From assembly GCA_038316195.1 (NCBI GenBank), contig JBBQAJ010000003.1:4056-68055 (forward strand): a DNA stretch of 64,000 nt. Direction: 5' to 3'. The notes beneath the pieces are model-generated. The model was given only the letters and a program-made list of their open reading frames with translations. It did not search any database and had not been told where the DNA came from. This stretch comes from Candidatus Saccharimonadales bacterium (GTDB lineage: Bacteria > Patescibacteriota > Saccharimonadia > Saccharimonadales > JBBQAJ01). Position 1 is the first letter of the stretch. The number at the start of each line of letters is the position of its first letter. This document shows positions 1 through 8,524 of the stretch, piece after piece. Position numbers and translations under genes: made by a program.

Positions 1-96
1 GGCGACTTTAATTTCGGATGGCAACCAGCCGCTTTCGAAGCTGATATGTCGCGTTGTCTTCGTGCTGCCACAAACTGTGGTTCTGTGACCAACTAA
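1..96 (+). CDS. 3' end of an unidentified CDS entering from upstream (...GDFNFGWQPAAFEADMSRCLRAATNCGSVTN*)
   Basis: Frame 1 is open from base 1 to TAA at 94-96. No motif recognised. Confidence 0.3.
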   Translation, partial: GDFNFGWQPAAFEADMSRCLRAATNCGSVTN

Positions 97-313
97 ATAA
101 ATCTAAAAATCATTCTTTGTTTTATAAAACATGTACCAGATTTCATCAGTCACATCGGTAATGTTTTGTATCATCAAATTGTAAATTAATGATGCTATGC
201 CAAGTTACTTTAAGATAAAGCTATTATACATATGTTAATAATATGTGTTGGTAGATGTAATAACATTAATTGAGCAATAAAATTATTGTTTAAGTTGATA
301 TATACTTTAGTGA

Positions 314-1129
314 ATGAAACTTTTGAACGGTCTAGAGTTAGTCGAATATATAAGTGAACGACAAGCCAAACAGTTAAGGACTCTTCGTCAATCCTACAAC
401 CTAGTTCCAAAGCTGGTTATTTTACACACTAATAGGACTGAAGAATTCAATAATTTTATAAAGTTATGCAAAAAACAAGCCGACGATATTTTAATTGAGA
501 TTGAAACTATTAACGTAAGTCAGGACATGACTTTGGACACAATTTCGAAGTTAAATGCTGACGCTACAATAAATGGCATATATGTGTATTATCCCATTGG
601 TCAAAACACAGATACAACGGAAGTATTTAATGCAATTGATATACGAAAAGAAGTCTCTGGTTTGGCTGAAAATTCAAATTTTGATGCGACTGTTCCATTA
701 TCGATAGACTGGTTGCTTGCTGGGTATAACATTGATCTTAAAGGTAAAAATATTGTAATTGTTGGCCAAGACAATTCGATTTGTTTTCCACTATTTAAAA
801 GATGGCAAGACTCTGGTTTATTAGTTCAAGTAACTAATAATAATGCACAAAATTTTACAGAACTTATATCAAATGCAGATGTATTAGTCACTGCCTCAAA
901 TGTGCCTGATTTTATAAAACCAGCAATGATCAAGCCAAATATAGTGATCATAGATGTAGGTCTTAATACTGACCAATACGGTCATGTAGGAGATATTTCT
1001 CAAGCTGTACGTCAATTACCAGAAATTAAAATCACTCCAGAAACAGACGGACTTTGGCCATTGGCTGTTTGCGCACTTTTTGACAATGTCATACGCGCTG
1101 CTCAAAAATACTCAAAGGCAATCTCTTGA
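314..1129 (+). CDS. FolD-like (methylene-THF dehydrogenase/cyclohydrolase fold) protein, strongly degenerate
   Basis: Length and collinear layout match FolD. The signature blocks are altered: YVYYPIG for VQLPLP, RKEVSGL for KDVDGF, GQDNSICFP for GRSxIVGxP, TPETDGLWPLAV for TPVPGGVGPMTV. Confidence 0.55.
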   Translation: MKLLNGLELVEYISERQAKQLRTLRQSYNLVPKLVILHTNRTEEFNNFIKLCKKQADDILIEIETINVSQDMTLDTISKLNADATINGIYVYYPIGQNTDTTEVFNAIDIRKEVSGLAENSNFDATVPLSIDWLLAGYNIDLKGKNIVIVGQDNSICFPLFKRWQDSGLLVQVTNNNAQNFTELISNADVLVTASNVPDFIKPAMIKPNIVIIDVGLNTDQYGHVGDISQAVRQLPEIKITPETDGLWPLAVCALFDNVIRAAQKYSKAIS

Positions 1130-1773
1130 AAATAGGAGTTTTTGATTCAGGCGTTGGTGGTCAATCAGTCGTAAACGCTATTAAAAAATCTTTGCCGGGG
1201 CATGAGGTAGTTTATGTTGAAGATCATGAGAATATACCTTATGGCACAAAAACGCCAGAACAGCTTCACAAACTCGTGCTACCTATATTAAATGGTCTTG
1301 TCGAAAACGGATGCAAAGTTATTGTTATTGCATGCAATACTGTTACGACAACAATTATTGAAAAATTACGACAAGAAATTACTATACCACTTGTAGGTAT
1401 GGAGCCGATGGTAAAGCCTGCTGCAGAGATGACAAAAACTGGCAAAATTGCTATTTGTGCTACTCCAGCAACATTAGCAAGCAGTAGATATAATTACTTA
1501 AAATCAACATATGCAAACAACATAGAAGTTCTAGAGCCAGACTGCAGCGAATGGGCAAAACTTGTAGAAACTAATCAAATTGACAAGGAATTTATTCACG
1601 ATGAAATTGAAACTGTGTGTATGCAGGGGGCGGATGTAATTGTACTTGGCTGCACGCACTTTCATTGGATTGAAGGCATTATGAATGAAGTTGTTATGGG
1701 CCGTGCTGTTGTGTTACAGCCAGAAAAACCTGTAATTGATCAACTTACTAAAGTGCTAAAACGGATTGTTTAA
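1126..1773 (+). CDS. murI: glutamate racemase
   Basis: TTG start. Motifs VFDSGVGG, IACNTVTT and LGCTHF (the two catalytic Cys blocks). Short at 215 aa. Confidence 0.85.
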   Translation: MKIGVFDSGVGGQSVVNAIKKSLPGHEVVYVEDHENIPYGTKTPEQLHKLVLPILNGLVENGCKVIVIACNTVTTTIIEKLRQEITIPLVGMEPMVKPAAEMTKTGKIAICATPATLASSRYNYLKSTYANNIEVLEPDCSEWAKLVETNQIDKEFIHDEIETVCMQGADVIVLGCTHFHWIEGIMNEVVMGRAVVLQPEKPVIDQLTKVLKRIV

Positions 1774-3052
1774 ACTTTTCTCCACGGTCCTTGTAGTTTT
1801 CAAATAATCCAAAACTAGCACAACCGGTTGAAAGTAAAACGACGTCTCCGGGTGTAGATAATTCTTTTGAATGTTTGACAATTTCATCCATGGATTCTCC
1901 ACCTTCGACTATTTTATCAAAACCATTATTGCGAAGAAGATCCGATATCACTTTCCCCATTTTGCCAATAGTAACGACAAACGCTACATTATTTTTAGCA
2001 ACAACCTGTACTAAATCGGAATAATCAGAACCTTTATCAGAACCACCCAATATAACTATTTTTGGTTCCGTAAATGCCTCTATAGCCACGATTGCTGTTT
2101 CCGGTGTTGTTCCAAAAGAATCATCAAAATATCTAACCCTATCTATCTCTCTAACAAATTCTAGACGATGCTCAAGCCCGGTGAAGTTTTTTATTACAGA
2201 TTGCATTGCTTCAGTATTTTGAGTCACTTGCCAAACTGCTGTAATTGCAGCGCAGACATTTTGCCAGTTATGTTTACCGAGTAGTTTTATATCTTTTGTT
2301 TTGCAAATTTCTATCCCCTCGATCATGACAGAATCGCCTTTTACTATAGCACCAGGTTCATCGTAGTATGGGATTATCTTACCAACAGACGCATAGGCAA
2401 TAGCTTCGGAATTCTCGTTATCTGCATAATATATTGCAATATCATATACAGTTTGGTTCATGAAAAGCTGTTGTTTAGCGTCAATATATTCTTCAATGTC
2501 TGCGTGCCAATCTAAATGCTCAGAAACAACCATTAAACAAATCGCAATATGTGGAGATGTTTTTAAATCAAACAGTTGAAAACTAGATAATTCCAAAACT
2601 ACCCAGTCATCAGGTCGAATATCGTTTTTTAACAATTCAAGCGCTGGTAAGCCTATGTTTCCACCTAAATGTACTCTTTTACCATCAGCTTCAAGCATTT
2701 TAGTTATAAGTGTACTAGTAGTGCCTTTCCCCTTGGTTCCAGTTATGCCGATTATATTTTTGGTCGGGCAAACTTTGAAAAATTCATTTGTTACAGAAGT
2801 AACTTGATCTAATAAATCGATATTGTTTGGATTTGCTTCTAAGATGTATTTTGGATGAAGAGCAGGTGTGCGTACTATTAAATCAAATCCACCTAAGTTT
2901 TTTAGATACTCTGGACCTAATTGTGATTTTGCACCAGCCGGAATCTCAAGTTTGGTGTTAGCATCGCAAATGGTGATATCATTTTCTTCACTGTTCCAAT
3001 ATTCAAATGCAGATTGACCCTCCTTGGCAAACCCCAAAATAGCAATTTTCAT
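1748..3052 (-). CDS. murD: UDP-N-acetylmuramoylalanine--D-glutamate ligase
   Basis: N-terminal Rossmann-like MKIAILGFAKEG, P-loop GITGTKGKGTTS, Mur ligase C-terminal domain. The 3' end overlaps murI convergently by 26 nt. Confidence 0.85.
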   Translation of the reverse strand: MKIAILGFAKEGQSAFEYWNSEENDITICDANTKLEIPAGAKSQLGPEYLKNLGGFDLIVRTPALHPKYILEANPNNIDLLDQVTSVTNEFFKVCPTKNIIGITGTKGKGTTSTLITKMLEADGKRVHLGGNIGLPALELLKNDIRPDDWVVLELSSFQLFDLKTSPHIAICLMVVSEHLDWHADIEEYIDAKQQLFMNQTVYDIAIYYADNENSEAIAYASVGKIIPYYDEPGAIVKGDSVMIEGIEICKTKDIKLLGKHNWQNVCAAITAVWQVTQNTEAMQSVIKNFTGLEHRLEFVREIDRVRYFDDSFGTTPETAIVAIEAFTEPKIVILGGSDKGSDYSDLVQVVAKNNVAFVVTIGKMGKVISDLLRNNGFDKIVEGGESMDEIVKHSKELSTPGDVVLLSTGCASFGLFENYKDRGEKFKQSVLAL

Positions 3053-3145
3053 TACCTCAGTATATCAGTAGAAACATGTTACTTCACTTGAGTGTCAGAA
3101 TATTGACGTTTTTTTTGACGATGCCAAAAAATATCCCGTGTGCTT

Positions 3146-3517
3146 CTACTTTTTAGCCAGTTCTGCTTTGACCATTTCGGCTACCTGGCGTGGTGTCATT
3201 TCGGCTTTTAAGATAAATCGTTTTACTCCAAGCTCTCTTAGTATCGGGGGTGCTTCTTGTTCTCCCATATTTGTCAGGATAATCACCGGTATGTTTTTGC
3301 CCCAATCTGTTTTGCGTAATGCAATCAGCATTTGGTCTCCGGTCATTTCTGGCATCATGAGGTCAAGCAAAATTATATCTGGCTTCATCTTTTCAGCTAG
3401 CTCTAAACCTAATTTGCCATTATCAGCAGTCTCCACCTCATAATCTTCTGCTTCGAATTTTATTCGATACATCTGCGATATTGCTTGGTCGTCTTCTATG
3501 ATTGCAACTTTAGCCAT
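3146..3517 (-). CDS. stand-alone response-regulator receiver domain (CheY-like)
   Basis: IEDD acidic pocket, LLDLMMPEMTG phospho-acceptor Asp context, ILTN, conserved Lys. No output domain. Confidence 0.8.
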   Translation of the reverse strand: MAKVAIIEDDQAISQMYRIKFEAEDYEVETADNGKLGLELAEKMKPDIILLDLMMPEMTGDQMLIALRKTDWGKNIPVIILTNMGEQEAPPILRELGVKRFILKAEMTPRQVAEMVKAELAKK

Positions 3518-3522
3518 AACTG

Positions 3523-3909
3523 CTATTTTACTCTTTGTTTATCAGACTCCAAAGTCTGATTTACGATTTCCACTAATTGATTGTTTTCAAGTTCGGCTTT
3601 TACGACGTATCTTTCAAATTTTAAATCATGTACACCGTCTGGTGCTTCTGATTCGCTTATGTTTGTCAAAAATATTGCCTTTAAGTCTTTACCCCATTTT
3701 GATTCACGCATTTTTCGTAAAATTTCATCACCAGACATTTCAGGTAGCATTAAATCCAACAGTGATAGATCGGGTAATTCGGCTTCAATCAATTTTAGCC
3801 CAGTAACACCATCGTGGGCTACCAAACAGTTAAAGCCGGCTAAATTCAGACGCGTCTGGTATATTTCTGCCAACATTATGTCATCTTCTACTAGTACAAT
3901 TTTTCTCAC
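3523..3909 (-). CDS. stand-alone response-regulator receiver domain (CheY-like)
   Basis: VEDD, LLDLMLPEMSG, FLTN. Paralog of the adjacent gene. Confidence 0.8.
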   Translation of the reverse strand: MRKIVLVEDDIMLAEIYQTRLNLAGFNCLVAHDGVTGLKLIEAELPDLSLLDLMLPEMSGDEILRKMRESKWGKDLKAIFLTNISESEAPDGVHDLKFERYVVKAELENNQLVEIVNQTLESDKQRVK

Positions 3910-4019
3910 AATATTATATTAAGCTATCACAGTATTATCAGCAATTTAAAAGAGGTTAGCCCTTAACTGTTGTTTTTTAACTAAATTGAGAATATAATTC
4001 GATACTTTCCACTGTAATC

Positions 4020-5303
4020 GTGAATAATAGTGGGAATTTAAAGGATACATCCATGAGAGAAGTATTAGAGCAAATGGCTGATGGGCATCAGTTCTATCAC
4101 GCTCGTTCTCCAGAATACGCATCCACTGATATGTTACCCTTCAGAATCTCACCCGAACCTTTCTATATTAGTAAACCAGAAGCTCGTGTCCTGGGTCGTA
4201 TTGGACAAGAAGTCTGCAGTTTAATCGATGCTACTACCGAATTATACGAAACAAACCAAGACGTTCACGAACTCTTAGATAGAGGGAAGCCGGAGGTTTT
4301 CCAGAATGTAAAAACTCCGAATTATCTATTTTTACGTCCGGATCTGATTATTACTCAAGATGGTTTTGTCATTTGCGAAATTGAAACTTCTGTCTTTGGG
4401 CTAGCTTTAGCAGACGTATTAAACAGAGGTTATGTCGAGGCAGGATTTGATACGATTGCCGATACAACAGAGCTCGCTAGACATATTGAGCAAACGACTC
4501 CCGAAAGTGGGCAGATTGTATACACAAATAAAACAAAAGCATTCGCAGGCCAGCTTGCATATCTAGCAGACAAAGTTTTTAGTGGTAATCAGCGAGATTG
4601 GAGTGCGTCCCATATCGATTATCAATCTAAGTCGGAAGCTATCTACCGGGCACATTATCTTGTGGAATATCTTTCAGATCCAGACGTGAAGGCACTTTAC
4701 GACAGACCAGATACTGATTTCGAAACATTTCCAAGTATTACTCCACAGTTTGAAGAAAAAGCTATTTTAGCATTTGTTTGGGATAATCGATTTGAGGAAT
4801 TTTATCGCCAGGCACTTGGGAATGCTGGATTTGATTTATTGCGAGCAACTATCCCACCCACATGGATTGTAGGCGAAGAACAGCATTTTGTTTTGGGCTT
4901 ACCAAATGGACTTGAAAAATCAGTCAACATATCTGGGTTGTCTAGTTCGAAACGGAAGTTTGTATTGAAGCCATCAGGATTTAGTGCTGATAGTTCTTGG
5001 TCAGAAGGGGTAAGTTTTTTACATAAAGTTTCTCGCGAAAAAGCTAATGATGTCTTAAGCAGGGCAACCGGCGATTCTGAAAATAGGCTCTATGTGATTC
5101 AGGCGTTTGAAGAAGGGATAAAATATCCAATGCAATATGAAGATGGTGAGGAAACTACTACCATTCAGGCCAGAGTGCGTTTGACGCCGTATTTTGCATA
5201 TGGAGAAGGTAAATTACTGGGTATAAAAGCTACTGGGTGCGAAGGTACACAACTAATTCACGCATCAACGGCCAGTATCAACACAGCTGTAAGTGTCAGG
5301 TAA
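4020..5303 (+). CDS. ATP-grasp-fold-like protein, function unknown
   Basis: FLRPDLIITQDGFVICEIETSVFG resembles the R-x-D...E-x-N strand of glutathione-synthetase/GSP-synthetase-type ATP-grasp enzymes. Later blocks VLKPSGFSADSSWSEGV and LYVIQAFEE. GTG start is uncertain. Confidence 0.4.
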   Translation: MNNSGNLKDTSMREVLEQMADGHQFYHARSPEYASTDMLPFRISPEPFYISKPEARVLGRIGQEVCSLIDATTELYETNQDVHELLDRGKPEVFQNVKTPNYLFLRPDLIITQDGFVICEIETSVFGLALADVLNRGYVEAGFDTIADTTELARHIEQTTPESGQIVYTNKTKAFAGQLAYLADKVFSGNQRDWSASHIDYQSKSEAIYRAHYLVEYLSDPDVKALYDRPDTDFETFPSITPQFEEKAILAFVWDNRFEEFYRQALGNAGFDLLRATIPPTWIVGEEQHFVLGLPNGLEKSVNISGLSSSKRKFVLKPSGFSADSSWSEGVSFLHKVSREKANDVLSRATGDSENRLYVIQAFEEGIKYPMQYEDGEETTTIQARVRLTPYFAYGEGKLLGIKATGCEGTQLIHASTASINTAVSVR

Positions 5304-5316
5304 AAAAGGAGAAACC

Positions 5317-5766
5317 ATGATATATTCTATTATTTTTGACTGGAAACAAACGTTGTATGATCCTGAAAGTGGCGAGCTTATAGTAGGTGCCCAGGACGTA
5401 ATGAAATACCTAAAACTAAGAAATGCTACTTTGTACTTAGTGGGCAAAGGCGCGAACGACATGCACGACGCAGTTAAGCGCCTAAAAGTTGAACCGTATT
5501 TTAAAGATATATTGTTTGTTGGAACTGAAAAACACCCAGATCATTTTTTGCGTTTTGTTGATTCATCGTCACCGTCTAAAACACTCATTGTAGGTGACAA
5601 ATTAAGCTCCGAAATCGAAATTGGAAATATAATTGGCGCAACCACAATTCAAGTAAGGCAAGGTAAATTCAAAGATGACGTTCCTTTAAACAAAAACCAA
5701 AATCCAGATATAATTGTAAGCAGCCTACCCGAACTACTTCCAATTCTTGATAGCTACAACTTTTAA
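5317..5766 (+). CDS. HAD-superfamily hydrolase-like protein
   Basis: N-terminal IIFDWKQTL (DxD-type motif I), later VGDK...E acidic motif. AAGGAG RBS sits 5 nt upstream of ATG 5317. Confidence 0.55.
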   Translation: MIYSIIFDWKQTLYDPESGELIVGAQDVMKYLKLRNATLYLVGKGANDMHDAVKRLKVEPYFKDILFVGTEKHPDHFLRFVDSSSPSKTLIVGDKLSSEIEIGNIIGATTIQVRQGKFKDDVPLNKNQNPDIIVSSLPELLPILDSYNF

Positions 5767-5769
5767 AAA

Positions 5770-6888
5770 TTATTGCAAGTTGCTCATTACAGCTTTAAGC
5801 GCTTTTATTCCTGCTTCAAGCGTTTTCATGTCTGCTCCATAAGAAAGTCTTACAAAACCGTGGAGTCTTGAAAATGCTCTACCTGGTACCAGTATCAAAT
5901 TGTGCTGAGATGCTAAATCCACAAACTCCAGATCCGTCATGTCATTTGGAGCTTTGAAAAATACATAAAAAGCACCCTGAGCCCCATAAACTTCCAATCC
6001 CATTTCGGAAAGTTCTTTTACTAAATAATCTCTTTTGGTTTTGTATTTGCCATTTATGTGAGGTCGATTTTTCATAGCAGCAATTGCTGCGTGTTGGGCT
6101 ATCGAAGAAGACGACATAATGGTGTATTGCTGGAGCTCATTTATTGCATCTATAATTTCTCTTGGCCCAGCTATGTATCCAATGCGCCAACCAGTCATTG
6201 CAAATTCTTTTGAAAAACCATTTAGCGTAAGTGTATTTGGATAAATACTACCAATACTAAAATGTTTTCCCTCATGTACAAAATGTTCATATATTTCGTC
6301 AGACACTACTAACAAATTGTGTTCTTGTGCAATTGACGCTATTTTTCTGAGTGTAGACTCTGGATAAACGGCACCCGACGGATTGTTAGGGCTATTTACC
6401 ACAATCATTTTAGTTCTGTTAGTTATACTTGCTTCTATTGCTGGTAAGTCTGGTTGAAAATCAGGTAAAGTAGATACATAAACAACATGACCACCAACCA
6501 TACTTGCAAGGTGTGGGTAGGGAGGATAATACGGGTCGAAAACTATAACTTCATCACCTGGGTCAAGAACAGCTAAGTATACAAGCATCTGGCCTGTTGT
6601 CAGTCCGGGAACAATAGTTACATGATTTGCTATCGGAAGTAGTTGGTTTTCGTCAGCGAGCTTTTTTTGGATTATATCGCGAAGCTCAGGCAATCCGTTT
6701 GCAGGAGTGTATACCGTATGGTCATCTTGGATTGCTTTTATACCTGCTGCTTTTACGTGTTCTGCAGTAAGTTCCTCCGGTAAGCCAATACTCAAATCAA
6801 TAGGGTCAACAAGTTCCATCTGTTTTTTGATAGCATCTTGAAAATCGCTACTATCGAAGAATTGTAATCGGTTTGCTATAAATGACAT
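5770..6888 (-). CDS. class I/II pyridoxal-phosphate aminotransferase (aspartate/aromatic type)
   Basis: NSPNNPSG, SDEIY, FSKEFAMTGWRIGY (PLP lysine), RLSY. Confidence 0.85.
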   Translation of the reverse strand: MSFIANRLQFFDSSDFQDAIKKQMELVDPIDLSIGLPEELTAEHVKAAGIKAIQDDHTVYTPANGLPELRDIIQKKLADENQLLPIANHVTIVPGLTTGQMLVYLAVLDPGDEVIVFDPYYPPYPHLASMVGGHVVYVSTLPDFQPDLPAIEASITNRTKMIVVNSPNNPSGAVYPESTLRKIASIAQEHNLLVVSDEIYEHFVHEGKHFSIGSIYPNTLTLNGFSKEFAMTGWRIGYIAGPREIIDAINELQQYTIMSSSSIAQHAAIAAMKNRPHINGKYKTKRDYLVKELSEMGLEVYGAQGAFYVFFKAPNDMTDLEFVDLASQHNLILVPGRAFSRLHGFVRLSYGADMKTLEAGIKALKAVMSNLQ

Positions 6889-6994
6889 TTTTTTATTTTA
6901 ATTTGAATAACCTGAATAGTAAACCATAACAACAAATAAATTGCAACTAATTTTTCACCACAATCTGTTACAATATAGAAAAGGCAAATACACA

Positions 6995-8524
6995 ATGAAT
7001 AACTTACTTTTACCAAGGGGATATAAAAATGCAGAGTTATTACATAAAAAACTTAATTCTACTGATGAAAATGTATTTTTTAGAAGAGGTCAACAAAGAG
7101 CACTAGCATTATTCCACGCAATGTCCAGAGAAGTGCCCGCATATAAAGACTTTCTAAAAAAACACGATTTTTCACCACGAAGTGTTAAATCTATAAAAGA
7201 TTTCAAAAACATCCCTCCCATAAACAAAGACAACTACCTTAGGGAGTATCCAAAAGAGATGCTTTGTTGGGGTGGTGAATTTGGTCATGGTAGATGGGTG
7301 ATTTCGACTACTTCAGGTTCGACAGGAAAGCCATATTATTTCCCAAGGGAACACTTACAAGACGAACAGTATGCAATTTCTGCAGAATTATATTTAAGAA
7401 ACAATTTTCAAATTCAAAATAAAACTACGCTATATATAGTTGCATTCCCTATGGGTGCTTGGATAGGAGGATTATTTACATACGAGGCACTTAAAATCGT
7501 TTCTGATAAAGGTTACGATCTTAGTATTATTACCCCCGGAATTCACAAACAAGAAGTATTAAGCGCTATTGTGCAGCTTGGAGATAGCTTTGACCAAATA
7601 ATCATAGGAGCTTATGCCCCATTCCTAAAAGACATATTAGACGATGGTATGAGGCAGGGTATCGATTGGAAAAAACTAAAAGTAGGTTTTGTTTTTTCTG
7701 CAGAAGCATTTACTGAAAAATTCAGAGACTATATATTTAAAGTAACAGAACCCACAAAGCCACTTCTTCAATCATTAAATCATTACGGTACCGTAGATTT
7801 GGGAACAATGGCGCACGAAACTCCAGAATCAATTTTAATCAGACGTACCTTAGTTCATGAACATAAACTTGATTTACTCTTTCCTGAATCAAAAAGACAG
7901 GCTACATTTGCACAATTCGACCCAAATTTATTCTTTTTTGAAGAAGAATCACACAGTTTATTTTGCTCTGCCTATAGTGGTCTGCCTCTTTTAAGGTATG
8001 ACCTAAAGGACTATGGTGGCGTAATTAGTCGTAATAAAGTCCATCAAACACTGAAAAACTCAGGAATTAACGTTGAAAAGTTGTTAAATGAGTCAAATAT
8101 GAGTGGGGTAACCTGGAATTTGCCATTTGTTTACATATATGAGAGAAATGACTTTAGTGTGAGCTACTATGCATTTCTAATTTATCCAGACATGGTGAGA
8201 AGAGCTTTGCAGTCAGATGAGTTGCAGGAATTCCTAACTGGTAAGTTTACAATGCTATCAGATTACAATGCAGAAGGTAGGCAAGAGCTATTTATTCACG
8301 TGGAGTTGTCTCACGGAGTCGAAGAATCCAAAAATATAAGTAATTTAGTCAAAGCAGATGTGCATAAATCTTTATTAGAAGAAAGTTCTGAATACAGAGA
8401 AGTGCATAATACTATGGGTGAAGTTGCGCAACCTGTTATAAAATTATGGAAATATGAAAACTCGACTCATTTTAAGCCCGGCACTAAACAAAAGTGGGTT
8501 ATAAAGAATGAAAAAGGAAATTAG
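6995..8524 (+). CDS. adenylate-forming ligase of the phenylacetate-CoA ligase / CapK / F390-synthetase type
   Basis: TTSGSTGKPYYFP AMP-binding P-loop variant typical of PaaK-like enzymes. ATG 6995 preferred over the upstream TTG. Confidence 0.6.
   Translation: MNNLLLPRGYKNAELLHKKLNSTDENVFFRRGQQRALALFHAMSREVPAYKDFLKKHDFSPRSVKSIKDFKNIPPINKDNYLREYPKEMLCWGGEFGHGRWVISTTSGSTGKPYYFPREHLQDEQYAISAELYLRNNFQIQNKTTLYIVAFPMGAWIGGLFTYEALKIVSDKGYDLSIITPGIHKQEVLSAIVQLGDSFDQIIIGAYAPFLKDILDDGMRQGIDWKKLKVGFVFSAEAFTEKFRDYIFKVTEPTKPLLQSLNHYGTVDLGTMAHETPESILIRRTLVHEHKLDLLFPESKRQATFAQFDPNLFFFEEESHSLFCSAYSGLPLLRYDLKDYGGVISRNKVHQTLKNSGINVEKLLNESNMSGVTWNLPFVYIYERNDFSVSYYAFLIYPDMVRRALQSDELQEFLTGKFTMLSDYNAEGRQELFIHVELSHGVEESKNISNLVKADVHKSLLEESSEYREVHNTMGEVAQPVIKLWKYENSTHFKPGTKQKWVIKNEKGN

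Noticed and set aside
210-410. Minus-strand 66-aa ORF overlapping the FolD-like start
   Set aside because: It overlaps the promoter and start region of a better-supported gene. It is an AT-rich chance ORF.
3138-3922. Plus-strand ORFs 3138-3443, 3498-3806 and 3581-3922 opposite the two receiver genes
   Set aside because: They lie antisense to well-supported CheY-like genes and are low-complexity with no motifs. They are most likely shadow ORFs.
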